Source: Acidobacteriota bacterium (GTDB lineage Bacteria > Acidobacteriota > UBA890 > WLXD01). Taken from it: a stretch of 64,000 nt of DNA. Positions 19,437 to 29,617 of this stretch are shown here, in pieces. Location: the NCBI GenBank assembly GCA_965248695.1, contig CBDFKD010000002.1, positions 2,336,001 through 2,400,000 of the forward strand. Reading direction: 5' to 3'. Position 1 is the stretch's first letter. The number at the start of each line of letters is the position of its first letter. The notes under the pieces were generated by a model that was given only the letters and a program-made list of their open reading frames with translations, had not been told where the DNA came from and did no database searches. Made by a program: the position numbers and the translations under genes.

Positions 19437-19862
19437 CTAGAACACGTGCCTTGTGAGGTACACCGTTACGAACGCGGTTCCCATGAACACGAGCGTTGCC
19501 ACGATCGAGCGCAGCGAGCCGAGACCGATGCCACAGATACCGTGTCCGCTGGTGCATCCGCCGCCGACACGAGTACCGACTCCGACCAGGAGTCCGGCAA
19601 CCCCGACGACGGCAAGCGACGGCGCCATGCCGAAAGCAGCGGTGTCCGGGATCAGCCGCGTTGCTAGTGCCGCACCACCGATCAGCCCAGCCAGGAACAA
19701 ACTCCGCCACGCGGTATCACCGGGCTCACCGCGGAGAATCCGCGAGCAGATGCCGCTGATGCCAGGGATCTTGCCATTCAGCGCCAGGGACCAGGCGCTG
19801 GCGGTGCCGATCAGCACTCCACCGAGCAACGCGGTCCAAGGGGTGAAGTCGGTGATGGTCAT
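19437..19862 (-). CDS. YeeE/YedE-family sulfur-compound transporter subunit
   Basis: FTPWTALLGGVLIG, GISG and GGCTSGHGICG motifs. Confidence 0.9.
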   Translation of the reverse strand: MTITDFTPWTALLGGVLIGTASAWSLALNGKIPGISGICSRILRGEPGDTAWRSLFLAGLIGGAALATRLIPDTAAFGMAPSLAVVGVAGLLVGVGTRVGGGCTSGHGICGIGLGSLRSIVATLVFMGTAFVTVYLTRHVF

Positions 19863-19901
19863 CGGGCAACCAGGAGCGGCGGGAACTGTCCGTTAGCGCC
19901 G

Positions 19902-19936
19902 CTGCAGGGTACCGCCACAGCGCCCGAGATCCAACG
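19902..19936 (-). promoter_or_regulatory. Promoter-like motif, copy 3 (TTGGAT-N17-TACCCT)
   Basis: Minus strand reads cgTTGGATctcgggcgctgtggcggTACCCTgcag, about 44 nt upstream of the yeeE-like gene. Confidence 0.6.
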
Positions 19937-20024
19937 AGGGCTCCCGACGCATACACTGCCGTTGCGGTCGGTGCTGCGGCGCTCCGCTGCTTGCGGCGAT
20001 CTCGCGCCAGACGAGGGGGAACCT

Positions 20025-20609
20025 ATGCGAGCCCAACCATGGAGAGTGCTGTCCGTTGCGCTCGTCGCGAGCGCACTCATCCCCACGTTCATGGCCGGAG
20101 GCGCCTCGATGGCACAATCGCCGGAGCCGTTCGTTCCATCGGACTTCGAAGTTCCAGAGCTGCTCGAGACGGCACAGCTGAGGCTTCAACCGCTGACGGT
20201 CAACGATGTCGTGAGGGACTACGACGCCGTGATGAGCAGCCGAGAACACCTGAGAGGCGTGTTCGGCCCCGACGACACCTGGCCCGAAGACGATCTCACG
20301 CTCGAGCAGGACCTCATCGATCTCGGCTGGCACCAGAAGGAGTTCCAGCGGCGCGGCTCGTTCACGTACACGGTTCTCGACCCCAGCGGGCGCGAATGCC
20401 TGGGTTGCGTCTATATCTATCCGACGTCAGCGCGTGGCTACGATGCCCAGGTCGTGCTCTGGGTGCGCCAGAGCGCCTACGAGCAAGGGCTGGATCCGGT
20501 GCTCTACGACACCGTGCGGACGTGGCTGTCGGACGAGTGGCCCTTCGAGAACGTCGCCTACCAGGGGCGCGCGATCAGCTGGGACGAGTGGGCGGAGCTC
20601 ACTGAGTAG
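20025..20609 (+). CDS. GNAT-fold (RimL-like) protein with an N-terminal signal peptide
   Basis: RBS GAGGGGG; hydrophobic leader; FVPSDFEVP, DYDAVMSS and LGCVYIYP motifs. Confidence 0.7.
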   Translation: MRAQPWRVLSVALVASALIPTFMAGGASMAQSPEPFVPSDFEVPELLETAQLRLQPLTVNDVVRDYDAVMSSREHLRGVFGPDDTWPEDDLTLEQDLIDLGWHQKEFQRRGSFTYTVLDPSGRECLGCVYIYPTSARGYDAQVVLWVRQSAYEQGLDPVLYDTVRTWLSDEWPFENVAYQGRAISWDEWAELTE

Positions 20610-20652
20610 CGCGACCCGTCAGTCGGGGGCCAGTCCGGCCAGCCGGAATCGC

Positions 20653-22584
20653 TCAACGCAGAGTCGTCGCAATGCCCCTCAGGGTGTCGGCCAGCGACTG
20701 CAGGCGCGGCCCGTCATGGTAAACGGCCTCCTCGGAATCAGCCTCGAGTCCAGTGGCCAGCGCTTCGAGCTCGGCGACGGCGGCCTCGGCCTCGCCTCCG
20801 GCGGAGCGCGGTTGGTCGGCGCGGCTGAGAGCCTGGTTGACGGCGGCGAGGCGCTCCGCCCCGATGCCGTGGCTGCGCTCGAGCTGATCGAGGTAGGCAC
20901 GCGCCAGCATCGTGCTCGGCGGCCAGCCGAACCGCTGTTGGTGCTGCACGTTGGTTTCTTCTGCCAGGACCATGCCGGCGGCGTCGATCTCGTTCTGCGA
21001 TAGGTGCTCGCTCGGGGTAAGCCGGAAGACGTCGAGCCCGCGGGCGATCTCTGCGCCGTAGATGTGGCCGTTGTACCAGTAGGCTGACCAGTAGCCGCCC
21101 GAGATGAGATCCTCCGCGTCGACCGGACCGCGGTCGAAGAACGCGATCTCGACCGGGTTCGCCGAGTCGGTGAAATCGAACACCGAGAGACCGCCCTGGT
21201 ACCAGCCCTGCACCATGATGTCGCGTCCGGGGACCGGAATGAGCGAGCCGTTGTGGGCGACGCAGTTCTCCTGCTCCGTCTGCGGCGCCGGTAGCTTGTA
21301 GTACCCGCGGAACCTCATCTCACGATCGACGATGTCGAAGATCGCGTTCGCCCCCCAGGTGGGCGGGTCGATCGCCCGGCAGCGCGGACGGGACCCACCG
21401 CCCCACTCGTCGGTAAAGATGATCTTGCTGCCGTCGTTGTTGAACGTCGCCGAGTGCCAGAACGCGAAGCTCTGATCGACCACCTGATCGAGCCGCACGG
21501 GATTCACCGGGTCGGAGATGTCGAGCAGGATGCCGTTGCCCGAACACGCCCCCGCGGCCAGGCCGATCTCCGGGTAAGTGGTGATGTCGTGACACTGCCG
21601 GGTCTCGCGTGAGCTCTGCGTACCGCGGCCGTGGTCGCCACCCTGCCAAAGCCCCGAGACGGTACCGGTCTCCGGGTCGGCGAAGATGCGTGGCCGGTTG
21701 ACGATACGAGCCCGTTCCGGCGCATCGAGCCGCACCTGAATGACGTCAATGCTGAACAATGCCGTGTCGGGATCGTTGGCCGGATCGTTCGCCGGATCGT
21801 CCTCGTTTTCGGGGTCCGGCCCCGAACAGCCAGCGAGCTCCTCGCCCGATCGCACCGAGCCGGTGCCCGACCCATACACATAGATGTTGTCGGCGTCGTC
21901 GGGATCCACCACCAGCGTGTGCGTGTGCGACCCACGGCAGGTTTGTACCGCGGCCACCTGAAGCGGGTTTCTCAGATCGCTGATCTCGAATATGCGCACG
22001 CCACGGAAGCGCTCAGCGCTGACCGGATCCTCGACTCCCTGGGTGCCGCAGTCGAGCCGAGCGCGCGTGTCCTGCACGGACATGAAGAGCAGGTTGCCAT
22101 ACACTGACACATCCCCCTGGCCGCCGGGGCACACGATCGAAGCGAGGAGCTCGGCCTCCGCCGCGTCCTCAATGCTGTAGATGTTGAAGCCGTGGTAACT
22201 GCCCATGAACAAGTGCTCACCACTGAATGCCAGATCGGTGTTCGAAAAGCTCAGACCACTTCCCGGCCGCGGTGGCGGCGCGGCGGCGGCTTGCTCCTGC
22301 CCGGGCGCCTCGCCTTCAACGTCGGCGGCCGGCGGTGCGGGCGCTTCTCTCGGCGGCCTCGGGCGGCCGGCCGGAGCCTCAGGGTCGTAGAAGCCCTGCG
22401 GCTTCTCCAGGCTGGTGACCAGCTCCATATTGCGCGCCGCCACGCCGGCATCGCGGAAACCAGGCTTCAGACCGACGCGTGGATCCGTCTGGGCGTCGGC
22501 GGACGGGGATTGCTGGGAGACCGGCGCTCCGAGCAGAGGCATGGCGACGGACAGACATAGAACGGTTGCGGGAAGAAGCTTCAT
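20653..22584 (-). CDS. Exported LVIVD-repeat protein
   Basis: CPGGQGDVSVYG, CRGSHTHT, CHDIT, HSATFNNDG, TDEWGGG and ENCVAHNG motifs; coupled to the DUF305 gene. Confidence 0.85.
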   Translation of the reverse strand: MKLLPATVLCLSVAMPLLGAPVSQQSPSADAQTDPRVGLKPGFRDAGVAARNMELVTSLEKPQGFYDPEAPAGRPRPPREAPAPPAADVEGEAPGQEQAAAAPPPRPGSGLSFSNTDLAFSGEHLFMGSYHGFNIYSIEDAAEAELLASIVCPGGQGDVSVYGNLLFMSVQDTRARLDCGTQGVEDPVSAERFRGVRIFEISDLRNPLQVAAVQTCRGSHTHTLVVDPDDADNIYVYGSGTGSVRSGEELAGCSGPDPENEDDPANDPANDPDTALFSIDVIQVRLDAPERARIVNRPRIFADPETGTVSGLWQGGDHGRGTQSSRETRQCHDITTYPEIGLAAGACSGNGILLDISDPVNPVRLDQVVDQSFAFWHSATFNNDGSKIIFTDEWGGGSRPRCRAIDPPTWGANAIFDIVDREMRFRGYYKLPAPQTEQENCVAHNGSLIPVPGRDIMVQGWYQGGLSVFDFTDSANPVEIAFFDRGPVDAEDLISGGYWSAYWYNGHIYGAEIARGLDVFRLTPSEHLSQNEIDAAGMVLAEETNVQHQQRFGWPPSTMLARAYLDQLERSHGIGAERLAAVNQALSRADQPRSAGGEAEAAVAELEALATGLEADSEEAVYHDGPRLQSLADTLRGIATTLR

Positions 22585-23249
22585 CGGTGTTGCTCCTTGA
22601 GCATGGCGTTGAGCATGGCTCCCATACGGTCCATTTCCGCACGCTGGTCGGCCACCACGTCGGCGGCGAAAGCGGCGATGGTCGACTCCTGGCCAGCGCT
22701 CCGGGTGGAAAGAAGCTCGTCGACCATGATCAGCGCACCTTCGTGGTGCTGAATCATGAATTCGAGAAACAGCCGGTCGAACGTCGTCCCCCGCCCCTCG
22801 GCGAGGCGGCCCATTTGCTCGGCCGTGAGTATTCCGGGCATCAACGTGGCGCCGGGCTCGTGGTGGCGGTGCAGGCTCGGGACAGGCTCACCGCGCACCT
22901 CCAGCCAGCGCTCCATCATGTTGATCTCGTCCTGCTGAGACAGCTCGATTCGCAGGGCAAGGATCGGTATGTCCTCCCGACTAGTACGCGCCGGCACCAG
23001 CTCGGTCATGTCCAGGGCTTGGGAATGATGGCCAATCATTCCCTGCATGAATTGCACGTCCGCCGGCGTGTGCTGGACCCTCGACAGATCGACGGCAGCA
23101 TCGGCTCCGATCACGCGGCTCGGTGCGCCGGGCGCGCCGGGCTGCACGATCGGCGGCGGACCGGTTTCCTTGGTCGCCGTGCGGCACGACGGCATGCTGA
23201 CGATCGCAAGCAACAAGACAGGGACCAGCGGGGTGGATGCGGTTCTCAC
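22581..23249 (-). CDS. DUF305 family lipoprotein
   Basis: IVQPGAPG, DVQFMQGMIGHHSQA and FMIQHHEGA motifs. Confidence 0.9.
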   Translation of the reverse strand: MRTASTPLVPVLLLAIVSMPSCRTATKETGPPPIVQPGAPGAPSRVIGADAAVDLSRVQHTPADVQFMQGMIGHHSQALDMTELVPARTSREDIPILALRIELSQQDEINMMERWLEVRGEPVPSLHRHHEPGATLMPGILTAEQMGRLAEGRGTTFDRLFLEFMIQHHEGALIMVDELLSTRSAGQESTIAAFAADVVADQRAEMDRMGAMLNAMLKEQHR

Positions 23250-23334
23250 GATGCGGAATCGTACACTCTACGCACGACAGCGCATTTGAGATTCTTCGAT
23301 CCTCTGCTTCTTGCCCGCAGCTGACGAGGCCAGC

Positions 23335-25062
23335 ATGACCCGATCTGTCCGAACGTCGCCGTTTGTCACGATGCTCGTCGCGATCGCCTCTCTCATTCTT
23401 CTGACGGCCCCGGACAATTACGCTCAGAACCGAGGCATCGGCAAGGACTTCGCCACCCGCTCGGTGGCCATGGGGACGCGGGGGATGGCAGCGACCAGCC
23501 AGCCGCTGGCCACCATGACGGCGCTCGACATCCTCAAGCGCGGCGGCCACGCCGTCGACGCTGCTATCGCCGCGAACGCGGTGCTGGGTCTGGTTGAACC
23601 CACGGGCAACGGCATTGGCGGAGATCTGTTCGTCATCATCTGGGACAACGAGAACAAGCGCATCGCTGGCTTCAACGGCAGCGGCCGCTCACCCGAGTCA
23701 CTGACCCTGGAGGAGTTCCGTCGCCAGCAACTCGACCGCGTTCCCAATCTCGGACCGCTGGCCGTGTCGGTGCCGGGCGCGGTGGACGGCTGGTTTCAGA
23801 TCCACGAGCGTTTCGGCCGCTTGGCGATGAGCGAGTTGCTGCAACCGGCGGTCGATCATGCGCGCGACGGATTCGCAGTCACCGAGGTGATCGCCAGGGG
23901 CTGGCGGGGCGGCGCGCGGCAGCGTCAACAGTACCCGGGCTTTGCGGAGATCTACATGCCGAACGGCGAGACGCCCAGCGCCGGTGAGATCTTCAGGAAC
24001 CCCGCCCTCGGAGAGACCCTGGAGACCATCGGACGCGAGGGTCGCGACGCCTTCTACAAGGGCCGCATCGCCCGCTCCATCGACCAGTACATGGAAGAGG
24101 CGGGGGGATTCCTTTCCTACGACGACCTGGCCGCACACCAGGGCAACTGGGTGGAGCCGCTGTCGACCACCTATCGCGGCTACACGGTGTGGGAGCTGCC
24201 ACCCAACGGCCAGGGAATCGCAGCGTTGCAGATGCTCAACATCATGGAGGGCTTCGATATCGCCTCGATGGGCTTCGGCAGCTCGGCGTACCTACATCTG
24301 CTGATCGAGGCCAAGAAGCTCGCCTACGAGGATCGCGCCAAGTTCTACGCCGATCCGGCCTTCAACGACATACCGGTCGACTGGTTGATCTCCAAGGAGT
24401 ACGGGGAGCAGCGGCGCGAGCTGATCGACATGAGCATTGCTGCGGTCGCCTACGAACCCGGCGACCCGGTTCTCGAGGACGGCGACACCATCTACATGAC
24501 GGTGGCCGATGGTGCCGGCAACATGGTGTCGCTGATCCAGAGCAACTACTCGGGTCTGGGTTCCGGCATGACGCCGATCGGCCTGGGGTTCCAGCTGCAG
24601 AACCGCGGGGCGCTCTTCAACCTCGAAGAGGGCCACTACAACACCTACGAGCCCGGCAAGCGACCTTTCCACACCATCATTCCGGCCATGGTCACCAAAG
24701 ACGGCGAGCCTTTCTTCAGCTTTGGCGTAATGGGTGGCGCCATGCAGCCGCAAGGGCACGTGCAGATCCTGGTGAACATGATCGACTTCGGCATGAACGT
24801 GCAGGAAGCGGGAGACGCGCCCCGCCTGCGCCACTCGGGCTCTTCGCAGCCGACCGGCCAGGTAATGAGCGACGGCGGCTCCGTAAATCTGGAGTTCGGC
24901 TATTCGGCCGAGACCATCGCCAGGTTGTCTGCCATGGGACACACGGTGGCTGTGGGCAGCGGTGGCTACGGCGGCTATCAGGGCATTCGCCGCGATCTCG
25001 CCACCGGTGTCTTCTACGGCGCGACGGAATCACGCAAGGACGGCATCGCGGCGGGTTACTAG
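23335..25062 (+). CDS. ggt: Gamma-glutamyltransferase
   Basis: GNGIGGDLF, ELPPNGQG, autocleavage site GD|TIY, PGKRPFHTIIP and GGAMQPQGH motifs. Confidence 0.93.
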   Translation: MTRSVRTSPFVTMLVAIASLILLTAPDNYAQNRGIGKDFATRSVAMGTRGMAATSQPLATMTALDILKRGGHAVDAAIAANAVLGLVEPTGNGIGGDLFVIIWDNENKRIAGFNGSGRSPESLTLEEFRRQQLDRVPNLGPLAVSVPGAVDGWFQIHERFGRLAMSELLQPAVDHARDGFAVTEVIARGWRGGARQRQQYPGFAEIYMPNGETPSAGEIFRNPALGETLETIGREGRDAFYKGRIARSIDQYMEEAGGFLSYDDLAAHQGNWVEPLSTTYRGYTVWELPPNGQGIAALQMLNIMEGFDIASMGFGSSAYLHLLIEAKKLAYEDRAKFYADPAFNDIPVDWLISKEYGEQRRELIDMSIAAVAYEPGDPVLEDGDTIYMTVADGAGNMVSLIQSNYSGLGSGMTPIGLGFQLQNRGALFNLEEGHYNTYEPGKRPFHTIIPAMVTKDGEPFFSFGVMGGAMQPQGHVQILVNMIDFGMNVQEAGDAPRLRHSGSSQPTGQVMSDGGSVNLEFGYSAETIARLSAMGHTVAVGSGGYGGYQGIRRDLATGVFYGATESRKDGIAAGY

Positions 25063-25089
25063 CAGGCCGTGGTGGAACCCAGAGCGCGA

Positions 25090-27797
25090 TCAATCCGACC
25101 GCAGCGACTCCATCGGGTCGACGCGCGTCGCCCGGCGCGCCGGCACCCATGAAGCGGTCAGTGCCACCACCGCCAGGAAGGCCGCCACCGCGACCATTGT
25201 CACCGGGTCGACCGGCCGGATCTCGAACAGCGCTTGCTCAAGCAACCTTCCGAGGAACACCGCCGCCAGCAACCCGAGGAGGATCCCGGCTGCGACGAGG
25301 CTCAGCGCCTGACGCAGCACGAGCCAGCGGACGTTGGTCTGTTGCGCACCCAGGGCCACCCGGATCCCCATTTCGCGCGTGCGCTGGGTGACCAGCGAGG
25401 CCATGACCCCGTAGACGCCGATCGCTGCCAGCGCCAGCGCCACGGTAGCGAAGGTCACCAGCAACGCGGCGAGCGATCGCCGCGATGCTTCATGGGCAGC
25501 GAGCTGATCGGCCAGGAGGGCGACGTCATCCACCGGCAGCCCGGGATCGATGCTCGCGACCGCATCCCGCAGCGGCCCCACGAGGTCGAAGGGGTTGCCG
25601 TCCGTGCGCAGCATGATCGCCATCTCCCGCACCGGCTGCTGCGCGTGCGGGAAGTACGTAGCCCCGTAGCTCTCGTCGGTCCGACCCGAGAAGTGAACGT
25701 CTTGCACCACACCGACGACCTCGACCTCTAACGGGCCGCGCTTCCACCAGTTGCCGTACTCCAGGCGGGCGCCGATCGGATCGGTGCCGGGGGCAAAGTA
25801 CCGGCGCACCAGGCTCTCGTTGACGATCACTACGCGGGCGGAGTCAGCGGTATCGTCGCGATTGAAAGCGCGGCCGCGCAGCAGACGGATACCGCCAGTT
25901 TCGAAGTACCCGGGCCGTACCGGCCGGAAGCGAGCCGTGTAGCTCTCGCCCTCCCCGAGCTCGACAACCCCACGGCCAGGGTTGGCAGCGACATCGATCT
26001 CGAAGGCGTTGTTCCAGCCGCTGTCTGTGGGCAGCTGGTAGGCCGCGGGGCCGAGCGCACACCGGGAACCGCCTCGAGCTGCGCCTCGAGCCGCTCGAAG
26101 AACGCCACGGCACGGCGCCACTCGGGCTCCTGGGCCACGAATGGCATTGCCAACCGTACGCGAGCCGTGAGCACACCCTGGGGAGCAAAACCGGGATCGA
26201 CGTCGAGCACCCGCTGCAGGCTGCGCAATAGGAGCCCGGCACCCACCAGCAGCACGACGGCAAGCGCCATCTGCGCCACGACCAGAGTTTGGCGAGCGCG
26301 CGAGCGGCTACCGGTCATCGTACGGCTCTCCAACTTGAGTGAGGCCTGCGGACCGGTCCGGGTGGCGTGAAGCGCCGGCCCGACGCCGAACACCAAACCG
26401 GTTACCAGGGAGACGGAGACCAGAAACCCGACCACGCGAAGGTCGACCTGTACGAGGTCGATGGCGGCGATCTCGAGCGCCGCTGTGCTCTTCAGCAGCC
26501 CAACGCCGGCCCACGCCACGGCGGTGCCGAGGGCGGCACCGACCGCCGCGACAATGACGCTCTCCGCCAGGCATTGCCGCACGAGGCGCACACGTCCAGC
26601 GCCCAGAGCCGTACGAATCGCCATCTCCCGTTGACGCACGGATCCGCGACCCAGCAGCAGGTTGGCAACGTTGGTCCAGGCAATCAGCAGCAGCAGGCTT
26701 ACCGACCCGAAGGCCAGCAGCAGCGTCGAGCGCACCCCCTCGACCGCTTTCTCTTCCGCCAGGAGCAGGTGACCGGCGATGCCGTTGCGCAACTCCGGAT
26801 GGGTCTCGTCGAGAGTCCGGCTGATGGCACCGATAGCCGTCTCGGCCTGCTCGAACGTGATCCCGTCGGCGATGCGACCGAGCAGGTTGACGTTGGTCAG
26901 GCCTCGCAGGTCGGTTCCCTGACTGGAGAAGGACGACCGGTACGCGAGCCACATGTCCACCGGAACCGATGACAGCACGAACCCACCAACGACCCCGGTA
27001 AAGCCACGCGGCAGCACTCCGACGACCTCGTAGGGCAGGCCATCGAGCCGAAGCGTGCGTCCGACAACACCTTCGTCGGCGCCGAAGCGAGTCCGCCACA
27101 ATGCGTGCGACAACAGCGCCACGCGTTGCCCCGAGTCAACCGCGTCTTCCTCCGGCGTGAAGCCCCTGCCGAGCACAGGCTCGATTCCCAGCGTCGGCAG
27201 CAGGTTCCAGGTAGCGTCGACGACGTTCAGCCGCTCGGCCGTACCCCCGTCGTGGGGCGACATCGCCGGTAGCTGCTGCTGCCAGGCGGCAAGATGCTCG
27301 AGCACGTCGGTGCTTCCCGCGCGGTAGTCCTCATAGTCGGGGAACGACACCAGCCATCGACCCGGTCGACCGTCGGTGAAGCCGTTGCGCAGGATGACCA
27401 GCCCTTCGGCTTCTTCGAAAGGCAGGCCGCGCAGCAGCACCGCGTCGATGAGCGCGTAGATGGCGGCGTTGGCGCCAACCCCGAGCGCCAGTGTCGCGGC
27501 TGCCATGGCAACGAACCCGGGGCTGCGGCGCAAGCTGCCCCACGCGTAGCGCCCATCACGCCACGCACCCGCCAGCGAGGTAGACCACAGACCGCCGCTT
27601 TCTCGCCCGGACCGTCGCCCATCGCGCCGCAGGAACCCGTGCCGTACCTGGCGCCAGTACCACCTGCGTGCGGCGCGCCGGTTGACCGCGACGCGGTCGG
27701 CGAACTCCTCGTCGAGGTCACCGAGCGAGAACTCTCGCTCCTGAGGCGGAAGGATCCGCTGCATCAGCCAGTGGGCCAGGCGGGGCGGCGTGCCCAT
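25090..27797 (-). pseudogene. ADOP-type duplicated ABC permease (MacB_PCD/FtsX x2), frameshifted near 26050
   Basis: ORFs 25830-27797 and 25090-26121 join at VRSA/AAYQLP. NVANLLL, REMAIRTALGA and ARRATRVDPMESLR motifs. Could be a real lesion or a sequencing indel. Confidence 0.8.
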
Positions 27798-28141
27798 CAG
27801 GATTCCCGCCGTGCGGCGAGTGACTCGACCTGGACTTCGATTCCTTCGGCCATGCTACGGAGCGCCGTGTAGGACCGACTCAGCGCCGCCTCGCCGGCGG
27901 CGGCCAACGAGTAGAACTTCTTGCGGCGCCCGCCGCGCTTGGATGTGGGCTCGCCGATCCGCGACGTCACGTAGCCGTTCTTCTGCATGCGCGCCAGCGC
28001 GGTGTAGACGGCACCGATAAACACCTCTCGGCCAGTTTTCTCCTCGATCTCACGCTTGATAGCGGCGCCGTAGGCCTCGTCGCCCAAGCGCAACAAACCC
28101 AGCAGGATCAGCTGCTCGAACTCTCCCAGTGCGCGTGGCAT
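27797..28141 (-). CDS. PadR-family transcriptional regulator
   Basis: LGEFEQLILL, YGAAI, GAVYTALARM and RGGRRKKFY motifs; RBS GGAGGAG; coupled to the permease gene. Confidence 0.92.
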   Translation of the reverse strand: MPRALGEFEQLILLGLLRLGDEAYGAAIKREIEEKTGREVFIGAVYTALARMQKNGYVTSRIGEPTSKRGGRRKKFYSLAAAGEAALSRSYTALRSMAEGIEVQVESLAARRES

Positions 28142-28182
28142 CGGTCTCTCCTCCGACCGGGTGGTGACGCTCCGAAGTTTCA

Positions 28183-28221
28183 ACTGCAGTGCAGTGGATA
28201 ATATATGAACTGCAATGCAGT
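28183..28221. promoter_or_regulatory. Two perfect 13-bp palindromes ACTGCA-N-TGCAGT (candidate PadR operators)
   Basis: At 28183-28195 and 28209-28221, flanking an AT-rich spacer upstream of padR. Confidence 0.65.
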
Positions 28222-28262
28222 AGAAAGTACGGGGAAGGAAGCAATGCCACGACGGCTCCTGT

Positions 28263-29417
28263 TCAGAACGTGCTCAGGAGCTCCACTGTCGTCTGGTCGA
28301 GCCGGGTCAGCACGGCGATCAGCAGGTCGACCGCCTGATCGAAATCGCTGCGCTGAATGATGCCGCTGTGCGAGTGCAGGTAGCGGGTCGGCACGGTGAT
28401 GTTGACCGACGGTCGGCCGGTGTCGTACCGCTGGATCTCGGCGCCGTCCTCACCGTAGCCGGTGAGCACGTCTGCCTGTAGGTCGAGGCCCTCTTCTTCC
28501 GCAACCTGGAAGAAGAAATCGCGCAGCTTCCGGTTGGGGATCATCGAGCTATCGAGCAGGAACATACCGGGTCCGTCGCCCAGCCTTTCCTGCGCCTGCT
28601 CAGGCCGTGATCCAGGGTAGTCAGCCGACACTCCTGCCTCGATCGAGATGCCGAGGTCCGGATCGGCGATCCGTACCGATGTCTGCGCTCCTCGCAGACC
28701 GATCTCTTCCTGCACGGTCGCCACCCAGGCAACTCGGTTGGGCAACGCGATTCCCTGCTCGCTGATGCGGCGCGCCGCTTCGAGCATGACCGCGATGCCG
28801 ACCCGATCGTCCCAACCCTTGGCCGCGTAGCGCTCGTTTGGAAGCACGGTGAAGGGGCTCCAGGGAGCGATCGGATCTCCCGGGCGGATGCCCATCGCCG
28901 CCACCTCCTCTGCCGACTGCGCCCCGAGATCGAGAAAGATCTGCTCGAGCGGCCAGACCTGGTTGCGCTCGCTCTGCGGCGTTACGTGGACCGTACGCAG
29001 ACCGCTGATCGCCAGCACCGGACCATCGGCACCGACGATGATCCAGCGCTGGTCCGGTAGCGCCTGCCGCAGCCAGCCGCCGAGGGTCTTCACCCGGATG
29101 AACCCATCCGGACGCACGTGCTGCACCATCAGACCGACCTCGTCGAGGTGCGCCGTGACCATGATGCGCGGGCCGTCGCTGGTACCGGGTAACGTGCCGA
29201 TGACCGAGCCCAGCCCGTCGTACTCGATCGCCGCGTTCAACTCTTCGAGCTCGCGCACGACGATCTCCCGCACCGGCCCCTCGAATCCCGAGGGCCCGGG
29301 AGCGTTGGTAAGCTCCTCCATCAATCGTGCCACGCGGTCGAGCTCCTGTGCGGCGGCTGGAGACACGAGTGCGAGGGTGGCGAGCAGCGTAGCGATCGTG
29401 GCAGCTTTTCGGCTCAT
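28263..29417 (-). CDS. M42 family metallopeptidase with signal peptide
   Basis: GPSGFE, AHLDEVG, WDDRVG, VQEEIGLRGA and PTRYLHS motifs. Confidence 0.92.
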   Translation of the reverse strand: MSRKAATIATLLATLALVSPAAAQELDRVARLMEELTNAPGPSGFEGPVREIVVRELEELNAAIEYDGLGSVIGTLPGTSDGPRIMVTAHLDEVGLMVQHVRPDGFIRVKTLGGWLRQALPDQRWIIVGADGPVLAISGLRTVHVTPQSERNQVWPLEQIFLDLGAQSAEEVAAMGIRPGDPIAPWSPFTVLPNERYAAKGWDDRVGIAVMLEAARRISEQGIALPNRVAWVATVQEEIGLRGAQTSVRIADPDLGISIEAGVSADYPGSRPEQAQERLGDGPGMFLLDSSMIPNRKLRDFFFQVAEEEGLDLQADVLTGYGEDGAEIQRYDTGRPSVNITVPTRYLHSHSGIIQRSDFDQAVDLLIAVLTRLDQTTVELLSTF

Positions 29418-29472
29418 GACGAACTCCCTGTGGTTATCCGATACTCGACATCGAAAGACTCACCGAGGCGAC

Positions 29473-29508
29473 GTGAAGCCTATCGCTGCGGCACAACAGA
29501 TCCAACGG
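29473..29508 (-). promoter_or_regulatory. Promoter-like motif, copy 4 (TTGGAT-N17-TAGGCT)
   Basis: Minus strand reads ccgTTGGATctgttgtgccgcagcgaTAGGCTtcac, about 60 nt upstream of the M42 gene. Confidence 0.65.
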
Positions 29509-29617
29509 AAGTAGTCGGCGGGACGGCTGACCGAGGCAGCCGCACAGACCAGCTATGATCGGGCGCGCAACGGACGCCGTTGTCACTAGGAGGTCTTCAT
29601 GCGAATCGGTCTGGCGA

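Noticed and set aside
21768-21800. 12-bp tandem repeats (DPAN-DPAN) in the LVIVD gene
   Set aside because: Short in-frame low-complexity loop, not a CRISPR array or mobile element.
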